Assembly (NCBI GenBank): GCA_001794905.1
Contig: MGLW01000043.1
Coordinates: forward strand, 15,573-30,682
Direction: 5' to 3'
From: Chlamydiae bacterium RIFCSPHIGHO2_12_FULL_49_11
GTDB taxonomy: Bacteria; Chlamydiota; Chlamydiia; Chlamydiales; 2-12-FULL-49-11
Length of the DNA: 15,110 nt
Position numbers and translations under genes: made by a program. The notes under the pieces were generated by a model. The model saw only the letters and a list, made by a program, of their open reading frames with translations. It did not search any database and was not told the origin of the DNA. How positions within the stretch are numbered: the stretch's first letter is position 1; every line of letters starts with the position of its first letter. Below are positions 7,895-15,110 of this stretch, one piece after another.

Positions 7895-9127
7895 ATGAAA
7901 GAGACCCTAAAGTTGATTGTCGCACCGACGGTCAGCCTTTTTGTGATCATGCTCGGAATGAGCTTTTTCAATACCTTTATCAGTGTCAGAGTCAACCTGG
8001 ACGGGGGTAGCAGTTTTGTCGTCGGCCTTGTCTATTCGGCTTTTTATCTTGGCATGATGCTGGGCGCCATCTATATGGAAAAGTTCATCCGCTACACGGG
8101 CCACATCCGCGCTTTTTCCCTCTTTGCTTCTTCGATGGCAGCCGCAATTGTCGTACAAAGCTTTTTCGCATCGCCCTGGATTTGGCTGTTTTTCCGTCTC
8201 CTGACCGGCATTGCCTCGGCAGGGCTCTTCATCGTGATTGAAAGCTGGCTCCTTCTTCTCTCTTCTTCCCATACGCGAGGGGTAATTTTGTCCCTATATA
8301 TGGTTGCAATCTATACGGCCCAATCGCTCGGCCAATTTTTCCTCAATGTGGCAAATTTGGAGGGTGTAGTCCCTTTTCTCCTTGCCATCTTTTTTTGCAG
8401 CCTTTCGGTCGTGCCGGTCAGCTTGATGCGCGCAAGCGCGCCATCCATCACCACATCGGAATACATCAATATTTTTTACCTCCTCAAAAAGACCCCCCTC
8501 GGTTTCTTCGGCAATTTTGTGGCCGGTCTAATCTTGAGCGCCTTTTACGCTCTTGGGCCCGTCTACGCGCAAGAGATGGGCTTCACCATTTTTCAGGTTT
8601 CACTTTTCATGTCGGTCACCGTCTTCGGGGGCATGGCTCTCCAATGGCCTCTCGGCCTTCTCAGCGATATTTTGGAAAGACGCAAAGTGATCATCATGAT
8701 TACAGCTGCCATCAGCTTCCTCGGATTCATCCTTTTTCTCTTTCCAACGATGCCTTTCTGGCTTCTCCTCATCACCGTATTCATTTACGGCGGCTTTGTT
8801 TTCACCCTTTATCCCATCAGCATCACCTATTGCTGCGATTTCTTTTCCTCCTCCGGTATCACGGCAATCACCTGCGCAGCGCTTATCATTTATGGCATCG
8901 GCTGCATCATCGGCCCCGTGATCGCACCGATCGTGATGGGTTTTATCTTGTCCACGGGACTTTTCCTCTACTCGGCCGTGGTATCACTCTTGCTGTGTAT
9001 CTACGCCATTTACCGGCATAAGAAGCTGCCGAAAGAGATCAAAGAAATCAAAGAAGCATACCAGGTCTTTCCTAGCACAACGCCTACCATCACTCAACTC
9101 GACCCCCGCAAAAAAGAAGAGGCTTGA
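7895..9127 (+). CDS. MFS transporter, YcaD-like
   Basis: 410 aa with about 12 hydrophobic segments; motifs GHIRAF, FRLLTG, FIVIESWL, RG.ILSLYM, QWPLGLLSD..ERRKV, FTLYPIS and G.GCIIGP; C-terminal TP....LDPR. Confidence 0.92.
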   Translation: MKETLKLIVAPTVSLFVIMLGMSFFNTFISVRVNLDGGSSFVVGLVYSAFYLGMMLGAIYMEKFIRYTGHIRAFSLFASSMAAAIVVQSFFASPWIWLFFRLLTGIASAGLFIVIESWLLLLSSSHTRGVILSLYMVAIYTAQSLGQFFLNVANLEGVVPFLLAIFFCSLSVVPVSLMRASAPSITTSEYINIFYLLKKTPLGFFGNFVAGLILSAFYALGPVYAQEMGFTIFQVSLFMSVTVFGGMALQWPLGLLSDILERRKVIIMITAAISFLGFILFLFPTMPFWLLLITVFIYGGFVFTLYPISITYCCDFFSSSGITAITCAALIIYGIGCIIGPVIAPIVMGFILSTGLFLYSAVVSLLLCIYAIYRHKKLPKEIKEIKEAYQVFPSTTPTITQLDPRKKEEA

Positions 9128-9330
9128 CCCGCCGTAGGGAGTTATTCGCCGCAAGCAGCCAAACCATGATAATAGGGATTGGCCTGATATGCAGGATGAA
9201 GAAAAAGGGAATCATTTTTTATCCCACATATCATGCATATCCTCTAAATCATGTTTTTTGCCTTTGTTCTTTTTTTCCCTCATAACGATTGCCCTCCTAG
9301 CATACCAGATCTTTCCGGGCACAACGCCTA
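9055..9330 (+). repeat. Imperfect 32-bp direct repeat (9055-9086 and 9299-9330)
   Basis: AGCATACCAGGTCTTTCCTAGCACAACGCCTA versus AGCATACCAGATCTTTCCGGGCACAACGCCTA: 29/32 identical, 244 bp apart. The first copy is inside the MFS 3' end. Confidence 0.9.
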
Positions 9331-9374
9331 TGTTTAATCCCACAATGAAGTGCTGTGGATCCCATTTTTCATGA
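9189..9374 (+). CDS. Possible 61-aa single-pass membrane protein (doubtful)
   Basis: One hydrophobic stretch (CFLPLFFFSLITIALLAY) followed by the duplicated MFS tail motif AYQIFPGTTP. No strong RBS; competes with the minus-strand small ORF. Confidence 0.25.
   Translation: MQDEEKGNHFLSHISCISSKSCFLPLFFFSLITIALLAYQIFPGTTPMFNPTMKCCGSHFS
9212..9283 (-). CDS. Possible 23-aa charged small protein MREKKNKGKKHDLEDMHDMWDKK
   Basis: Hand-translated. AGGAGG Shine-Dalgarno (9298-9293) sits 9 nt upstream of ATG 9283; same strand as the upstream sthA operon. Confidence 0.35.
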   Translation of the reverse strand: MREKKNKGKKHDLEDMHDMWDKK

Positions 9375-9406
9375 GTATCCGCCGGTTTTGATAGGGAAGC
9401 TTAATA

Positions 9407-10417
9407 TTATGAGCGGGAGAGATAGCGATTCCAAAGGGTGTCGCCATCGGGAATGAGGTGGAATGGAGCGTGAGGGCATTCGCACGGCGGGTAGTGGGCT
9501 ACGGTACGCGGCAAAAAGATCGAGTCGATATCCGGATTCAGCGTTACCGCCCAATCAGCCACGTTGCTTTGCGAATGTAGAAAAACGGCGCATTTGGAAA
9601 GAACTAGAACATCGATGAGCGTCATCACGGCGCCGTAGTAACCCGGCTTTTTGGCATGAAACGTCTCCCAGTTTTTCGGCACTTTGGGATCGTCGAAAGG
9701 TTCGTGCGGCTGCCGGTCGTATGCAGATCGAGGAGCAGGGGTGTAAACAAGATCCAATGTTTTAAAATGCTCCCGGAATTTTTTTATCACGTAATCACTA
9801 TCGCTGGCAAGCACAAGGATCGGATTCCGCGCTTTGTAGCGCTTCATGAGCCCCTTGGCCTCATCGATGTAGGTGGCAATATCGACCGGCTCGGAGCGAT
9901 ACATTTCATGTTTGTGCGAGCTTGCGAACCGAACATGCACTCCTATGGGAAACCTGCTGCCGATACGGTCTCGGAAAAATGTGTTTGCCGACTCTACGAT
10001 CTTCGGATGGATGCGGAAATATTTATGAAAGGTATCGCTGCGGATTTTGAAATAGGGGTAATAGCCAGCATAATCAACCCAGCGGTGAAAACAATTTTGG
10101 TCATGCACCGCATGACAGATGAAATTGTCGACATGGACAGGGAGAGCGCCTTTTGTGCACGGAAAAGTTCGGTTCGAAGAAAATAGGGCATCCCATCCGT
10201 TTACTTTCGGCGACGGATCGTCTTTGTAGGCGACATAAGGAGCCGTCCAATCCACTGCGAGGGAATTGATCCCCTCTTTTTCATGCACGAAGAGAGCGCT
10301 GAGAACAAGGTTTAACTGACAAAACAGCCCACCGCCCTCGAGATATCGGACCGTCAAATCCACCGGCTCGGCACATAAAAAAGAAAGCCATGCTAAGAAA
10401 AGAAGGAGCCGGTTCAA
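9407..10417 (-). CDS. NodZ/FUT8-like (GT23-like) fucosyltransferase with signal peptide
   Basis: N-terminal GGGLF..LN.V..AL...VDW and the three fucosyltransferase motifs IGVHVR, LVLASD and IDVLVLSKC..FLHSQSNV. Signal-like MNRLLLFLAWLSFLCA-EP. TTG start overlaps the upstream TGA. Confidence 0.8.
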   Translation of the reverse strand: MNRLLLFLAWLSFLCAEPVDLTVRYLEGGGLFCQLNLVLSALFVHEKEGINSLAVDWTAPYVAYKDDPSPKVNGWDALFSSNRTFPCTKGALPVHVDNFICHAVHDQNCFHRWVDYAGYYPYFKIRSDTFHKYFRIHPKIVESANTFFRDRIGSRFPIGVHVRFASSHKHEMYRSEPVDIATYIDEAKGLMKRYKARNPILVLASDSDYVIKKFREHFKTLDLVYTPAPRSAYDRQPHEPFDDPKVPKNWETFHAKKPGYYGAVMTLIDVLVLSKCAVFLHSQSNVADWAVTLNPDIDSIFLPRTVAHYPPCECPHAPFHLIPDGDTLWNRYLSRS

Positions 10418-10881
10418 CTGAACATCTCGTCAAACTGTTCTTTGAGGGAGGTCGGCACCACTTCATCCACCCCTTCCCGATCATACATGAGGAAATACAT
10501 GTAAGAAAACATGATTCCAAGAGCGGGGCTGAAGAGGGCGACAAAAAGGGCTATAAGGCACACAAGAGAACGGCGCAAATTGAGCCCGGTGCGGGTAAGG
10601 CTGCGCGCAAGAGGTTTGAGTTTCATGAGTAACATGAGGTGAATGCTTCCTTTGATCACAAATGTGACGAAGGAATACACCATCCACGCCACATCGGCAA
10701 GGAGCAGAATAAAAAAGAAAAAGCGCGCCGCAACCCGTGAAAAGAGCGAGGAACTGTCGCCGCTCTTGGCAAGAAGGTGCTCATCGATATAGGGACTGTT
10801 TTCTCTCGTACGTATTTTCGGATCCATTTTTCCTCTCGGACGCTGCTTTTCGACCTGATCAAAAATATTGTAAATGGCCAT
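10414..10881 (-). CDS. Hypothetical membrane protein
   Basis: 155 aa with two long hydrophobic regions (FFFFILLLADVAWMVYSFVTFVI; LVCLIALFVALFSPALGIMFSYMYFLMY). ATG is 1 nt after the sthA stop with a GAGGTG RBS. Confidence 0.8.
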   Translation of the reverse strand: MAIYNIFDQVEKQRPRGKMDPKIRTRENSPYIDEHLLAKSGDSSSLFSRVAARFFFFILLLADVAWMVYSFVTFVIKGSIHLMLLMKLKPLARSLTRTGLNLRRSLVCLIALFVALFSPALGIMFSYMYFLMYDREGVDEVVPTSLKEQFDEMFS

Positions 10882-10882
10882 C

Positions 10883-12283
10883 TCACCTCTTCACTTTGTT
10901 CAGCCCATTCTGTGCCGCTATTTTATACATTTCGGCATATGTGGGGAAGTTAAAAACCTCCTCTAAAAAATACTCTATTGTGGCATTAAATGTCATCGCT
11001 GCTTGTGCGATATGAATGATCTCTGTAGCACCATGTCCAACAATATGAACGCCATAGATGCTTAAATTTTTTGGATGGAACAAAATTTTACATAGACCCG
11101 ATTCCGATCCCGAAATGATACTGCGCGAAACTTCATAAAAATAAGCGCGTCCGATCGCATATTCAAGCCCGGCATCGATCAACTCCTCCTCAGTCATTCC
11201 GATTGTTGACACTTCGGGAATGGTGTAAATTCCGTACGGGTATATCGTATCGGTTTTTCGGATCGGCTGATGAAATGCATGGAGCGCTGCAAGCCGGCCC
11301 TGCTGGTAACCGGTTGAAGAAAGGGACGGACCGCCGATCACATCTCCTGCAGCATAAATGTGGGGAACACAGGTTTGAAACTTTTCGTTCACTTCGACAA
11401 CACCCGATGCATGGAGGGCAAACCCTGCATTTTCGGCATCGAGAAGATCGATATTACACACGCGCCCGGCCGCCACCAAAACCGCTTCGGCTTCCAATTC
11501 CGTTCCGTCCCGAAACGATACCACCGCCATATTTTCACCTTTCATGCGGATCGAAGTGTATTCTTTCTTCCCGTGAAATTGCAACTTCGATTCTTCGAGA
11601 GAAAGCTGCAAGTGGGCTCCCACTTCACGATCGAGAAAATGCAAGAGGCGTGCATGCTTGTCGATGAGATGTACTTTTACCCCAAGCACGCTAAACATCG
11701 AAGCGTACTCGGAGCCGATCACGCCGGCTCCGATCACGATGAGAGACCGGGGAATGTGATCCAGCTTGAGAAGTTGGTTGGAATCGAAAATGTGTTTGCC
11801 GTCAAAAGTGATCCCTTCCGGTTTGCGCGGCCTTGAACCGATGGTAAGGATGATTTTCTCGGCAAAAAGAGAATGGGTATGCCTCCCTTCCTCATCGAAT
11901 ACGTGCATCCGATGGGGGTCGACAAATTTGGCAAAGCCGAACATGACATGGACGCCGTTCTTATCCAGCTGGCGTTGGATTGTTTCTTTCAGGTGGGTTT
12001 GCACCCATGCGACCTGATAGTTTAGCTCGTTGATGGTAATTTCGGATAGCGATGGGGCATGCTTGGAAGAAGCATAGAAACTTTGCCGCGTGAAGTTGGT
12101 CAGTTGCAAGATCGCCTCACGGAGCGTCTTGGAAGGGATTGTCCCGAAAGTAAGGGATGAGCCTCCCAAAACCCCCGCCTCTACCAGCACGGTTGTTTTT
12201 CCCAGTTTTGCCCCTCCGATGGCAGCCTTTTGACCCGCCGGCCCACTGCCCACGACAAGTAAATCAAATCTCTCTTCGATCAT
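10883..12283 (-). CDS. sthA: Soluble pyridine nucleotide transhydrogenase
   Basis: FAD motif VVGSGPAGQKAA, GTIPSKTLREA (no CxxxxC pair), NAD motif IGAGVIGSEYAS, IYAAGDVIG.PSL.S, PYGIYTIPEVS and C-terminal FNFPTYAEMYKIAAQNGLNK typical of SthA/UdhA. Confidence 0.93.
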   Translation of the reverse strand: MIEERFDLLVVGSGPAGQKAAIGGAKLGKTTVLVEAGVLGGSSLTFGTIPSKTLREAILQLTNFTRQSFYASSKHAPSLSEITINELNYQVAWVQTHLKETIQRQLDKNGVHVMFGFAKFVDPHRMHVFDEEGRHTHSLFAEKIILTIGSRPRKPEGITFDGKHIFDSNQLLKLDHIPRSLIVIGAGVIGSEYASMFSVLGVKVHLIDKHARLLHFLDREVGAHLQLSLEESKLQFHGKKEYTSIRMKGENMAVVSFRDGTELEAEAVLVAAGRVCNIDLLDAENAGFALHASGVVEVNEKFQTCVPHIYAAGDVIGGPSLSSTGYQQGRLAALHAFHQPIRKTDTIYPYGIYTIPEVSTIGMTEEELIDAGLEYAIGRAYFYEVSRSIISGSESGLCKILFHPKNLSIYGVHIVGHGATEIIHIAQAAMTFNATIEYFLEEVFNFPTYAEMYKIAAQNGLNKVKR

Positions 12284-12338
12284 AACATTATACTTATAGG
12301 CTTACCCCGATTAAATCAAGTAACCCCGTAATTAATAA

Positions 12339-12365
12339 TTAACATAATAATAATGAGTATGTTAA
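12339..12365. promoter_or_regulatory. Inverted repeat TTAACATA-N11-TATGTTAA, candidate operator
   Basis: Perfect 8-bp arms at 12339-12346 and 12358-12365 in the AT-rich divergent intergenic region, just upstream of the -35 of the 12411 gene. Confidence 0.35.
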
Positions 12366-12371
12366 ATTACA

Positions 12372-12400
12372 TTTAAGCAAAATGATAACTGTGATATAAT
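12372..12400 (+). promoter_or_regulatory. Putative extended -10 promoter of the large ORF
   Basis: TTTAAG (12372-12377), 17-nt spacer, TATAAT (12395-12400) preceded by TGn; ATG lies 10 nt downstream. Confidence 0.6.
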
Positions 12401-12410
12401 AATAACTATT

Positions 12411-15110
12411 ATGGAAAAAATTGCTGCAGCCGGAGCCTCTCTTTTTGCAACCCCTCTCTATGATATAAGCATCTCACATAAAATCAATTATATTTTTGCA
12501 TCAGAAGCAGCGGGGGCCTTTCCCTCAATGCAGGAAGACTACTCCTGGATTCTATCCCAGGACGAAAATGAAATTTCCCGTCATGCGGAAAACGTCACAG
12601 AATTCATGAACCAGTTTTATGTGGTCCATAGGACCTACCGGTTTGTCCAAGGAAACCGTGCCGTTTACTTCGTGCAAGTTAATATGCACGACTCTTTCGA
12701 AGCATATTACTGTTATGGCGACCCGGAAAAACAGCCCTATTTACGAGATATATTACAGTTTTTAAAAAATCCCATGGAAGTATTGCTTGAGGCGCTGGTA
12801 TTGAGTCAATGCAGTCTTTCAAATGGCTGCTGGTTTGATAGATATTCCCTGATTGACCGGTTAAACTGTTTACAGATGTCCTGCCTATATACCCTGTTCC
12901 ACACCCTAGTTAGAGGGGAGTGGAATCAATTCTCCGAATGTATACCAAAATTATGCGAATATATCAAATCTACGGCAAAAAATGTAAAAAAATATACGAC
13001 GGGTTCAAACCCCATATTTGAAGCTCACCCTGCACTTTTGGTAACGCTTCCCCTGCTTTTGGAACATCCGCCCGACGAAGAGACGGCCCTCGCCCTTCTC
13101 TACCTGGCAAGCCACCCCATATATTCCGACTTTTCGGGAAATTGGGGACATTTGTTTATCCGAGACCAATTTCATATTATCAAAACCATCCTTGACAAGC
13201 ATCCCCATATTCTCGCAGAGCCGAAAATGGCACACCGGTACATTTTGGCAGGGCTGCACGTGCATCAGATCGACTTTGCATTTATTCGGGACTTTCTCAA
13301 AACAAGACCACCCCAAAAAAAGCTAAAGCAGATCTTATTTCGCCTCCTCCAGTTATCACATTCAGCACATCTAAGTAGCCACAACACAAGGGACGAATCC
13401 CGCCTCGTCCACATGCTCCTGGATCATGACCCATCCCTGGCCAAATCCAAGTTTGTCATAAAGTTGGCTATTTTTAACAAAGAGTACAGCCCTCTTCAGC
13501 TCCTTCTTGCGAAACTCCCTTTTCAATCGGAAAAAGAACCAAAAGAATTATTTGCACATAAGGATGCTCTTATTATCACTCTCTTGGAACGAGGGGAAAA
13601 GATCTCTTCTTTTCAACTTGCCGTGCTTGAAAATTGTCCCGAACAAGACAGATCCTTGATACGCTACCTTCGCGAGCACCACCTTTTTCCGGAAAAAATC
13701 GACAATTCCGTTTCTCTTGATACCGCTTCTCCGGACACCATCTTAAAACAACTGGAATCGGCATCCCGTCTCTTGAATGAAATGCAACGAAGGGGGTTTT
13801 CGAGTGGTGAGCGTGTTGATATCGATGCATTGTATGAAATGCATCTCTTCAAAAAAAGAATCAAAACGGTTTTGAATCTCCCGAAATTCCTCCCTCGTTT
13901 CGGTGAACTTCAAAAACGGTTTGCCTCTTTTTGCACATGCTATGACAGGGTAGTCGATCATGTTCCTCTTTTCAAAATGATGCGAAGTTTTTCACAAGAG
14001 CTCCGCGCTCTCGTGAGACAACAGGAAAGAAACGAGGTGATTCTTAGCGATGGCCTTCTCAAGTTTTTGGCCTTATGGAATCCGGATCGCGACTTCCACG
14101 TATTATATCATAACATGAACGTAAACGTACTACAAGCCCCCGACGCTTTTCATACAAGTCTCCACATGGCCCGTCGACGCATCGTCAGAGCCCTTTCCCG
14201 CTTTTTCAAAGACCCTTTTTGGCAGCGTTACAACTACCAAAGCATGTGCATCCATGGCACCAAATTCGGCACTCTACACATGATTGCAAAAATGGAACCG
14301 GAAACAAGGGGAATCTATGCCGCAGGAGACATGCTTCGAATGGGCGTCGCCCCTTTTGCAGGCGAGGTTTGTCCGTCTATATATTCCCACAATAACACGC
14401 GTATCAGTTTCACAACACCGACACGGTGCTGGGAAGACCCTTCTTGGACAGGTACCGCCGACGGCGGAACGCTCATGTATGCCACTCCCACCACATGGGG
14501 CCAAAGTTATCTGTTTGCTATGCGCTCGAATATTGAATTTGGTTCACTCGAGCCGATCACCGTGTTTGATCCGGAGCAGGCGTGGCGCATGCTCACCCTA
14601 AAAAATCTCCAACAAATTTTGGAAGAGGCTGCTTTCACTTCTTCTCTCAGTCATTTTCATGTAACCATACTCCGGGTTCGATGGACAGACTCCGAGAACG
14701 ATCAAAAATTGAGACCCCTCCTGGAATACTTGCAAACCGTACCCGAAACCGAAATCACGCGCCATCTCGTCCACGCCCTTACCGTTCCCGTACTCTCGCA
14801 ATTTTCGGCAAACGAGGTCCAAAAAACCCGGGATATGAGCCCCGTTATTTTTGCCTCTTTCAATCATCCCACCCAAAAATCGTTCAACCGCGAAGTCACT
14901 CTCCCCTCCCCGCTTCTCTTCGGAGAGGGCATTCCGGTCTGTTTTGCTTTTACACAAGATATGGAAAGAATCAATGAACTGCACGGCCGTAGCATTGAAG
15001 TGCGAGATTTTGACGAGCTCCTTCTTGCCGAAACCATGATCATGACAAACGGATCGAATCTCCGGACGACTGCGAGAATTCAAGATTTGGATACATGCCG
15101 TTTTCAAGAG
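12411..15110 (+). CDS. Large hypothetical protein (at least 900 aa, runs off the 3' end); candidate effector with a C-terminal ADP-ribosyltransferase-like domain
   Basis: Hand translation from ATG 12411 (MEKIAAAGASLFATPLYDISISHK...) finds no stop in 900 codons up to the window end (...RIQDLDTCRFQE). It is absent from the ORF track because no stop lies in the window. The CDS is secure; the product call is inference. Confidence 0.9.
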   Translation, partial: MEKIAAAGASLFATPLYDISISHKINYIFASEAAGAFPSMQEDYSWILSQDENEISRHAENVTEFMNQFYVVHRTYRFVQGNRAVYFVQVNMHDSFEAYYCYGDPEKQPYLRDILQFLKNPMEVLLEALVLSQCSLSNGCWFDRYSLIDRLNCLQMSCLYTLFHTLVRGEWNQFSECIPKLCEYIKSTAKNVKKYTTGSNPIFEAHPALLVTLPLLLEHPPDEETALALLYLASHPIYSDFSGNWGHLFIRDQFHIIKTILDKHPHILAEPKMAHRYILAGLHVHQIDFAFIRDFLKTRPPQKKLKQILFRLLQLSHSAHLSSHNTRDESRLVHMLLDHDPSLAKSKFVIKLAIFNKEYSPLQLLLAKLPFQSEKEPKELFAHKDALIITLLERGEKISSFQLAVLENCPEQDRSLIRYLREHHLFPEKIDNSVSLDTASPDTILKQLESASRLLNEMQRRGFSSGERVDIDALYEMHLFKKRIKTVLNLPKFLPRFGELQKRFASFCTCYDRVVDHVPLFKMMRSFSQELRALVRQQERNEVILSDGLLKFLALWNPDRDFHVLYHNMNVNVLQAPDAFHTSLHMARRRIVRALSRFFKDPFWQRYNYQSMCIHGTKFGTLHMIAKMEPETRGIYAAGDMLRMGVAPFAGEVCPSIYSHNNTRISFTTPTRCWEDPSWTGTADGGTLMYATPTTWGQSYLFAMRSNIEFGSLEPITVFDPEQAWRMLTLKNLQQILEEAAFTSSLSHFHVTILRVRWTDSENDQKLRPLLEYLQTVPETEITRHLVHALTVPVLSQFSANEVQKTRDMSPVIFASFNHPTQKSFNREVTLPSPLLFGEGIPVCFAFTQDMERINELHGRSIEVRDFDELLLAETMIMTNGSNLRTTARIQDLDTCRFQE

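Noticed and set aside
9055-9380. Repeats as a CRISPR array or IS ends
   Set aside because: Only two copies, one inside a coding sequence; no regular spacers, cas genes, transposase or terminal inverted repeats.
1-12283. Frequent ATCGA/TCGAT/GATC words as a possible genomic signature motif
   Set aside because: Explainable by ATC-GAN codon pairs; over-representation cannot be shown without a codon-aware count.
12287-12315. TTTAAT-17-TATAAT on the minus strand as the sthA promoter
   Set aside because: The -10 ends only 3 nt before the ATG, so transcription would start inside the CDS; the alternative TTGATT/TATAAG pairing has a 15-nt spacer. Left unassigned.
13395-13515. Ankyrin-like segment in the large ORF (RLVHMLLDHDPSLA...LAIFNKEYSPLQLLLAK)
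   Set aside because: Only a faint resemblance, with no TPLH motif or clear 33-aa periodicity; it needs a profile search.
13005-15107. Several short ORFs suggesting a pseudogene, non-coding island or recoded region
   Set aside because: All are shadows of the single stop-free + strand frame starting at 12411; no frameshift or stop-codon reassignment is needed.

Overview
Chromosomal segment from an environmental (non-Chlamydiaceae) member of the Chlamydiota; the taxon is inferred from the copN-scc1-malQ gene order. The left end is the tail of the chlamydial type III secretion operon: copN/sctW (possibly 5'-truncated), scc1 and malQ, joined by ATGA overlaps. It converges on a minus-strand treY-udk pair. 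Next come a signal-peptide transglutaminase-like/TPR protein, a small exported protein and a YcaD-like MFS transporter. A ~280-bp spacer follows that carries a 32-bp duplicate of the MFS 3' coding sequence. After it lies a minus-strand operon of sthA, a membrane protein and a NodZ-like fucosyltransferase. The last 2.7 kb look empty in the ORF track but are one uninterrupted + strand ORF (12411 to beyond 15110, at least 900 codons, no stop in the window). Its C-terminal part has the motif order of an ADP-ribosyltransferase fold, making it a candidate undescribed effector. Other signals: several genes appear to have leaderless promoters, two nucleotide-dependent enzymes (Udk, fucosyltransferase) carry export signals, and SthA and TreY have atypical conserved motifs. 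No RNA genes, CRISPR arrays or transposases were seen. All family calls come from motif recognition by eye, not database searches.
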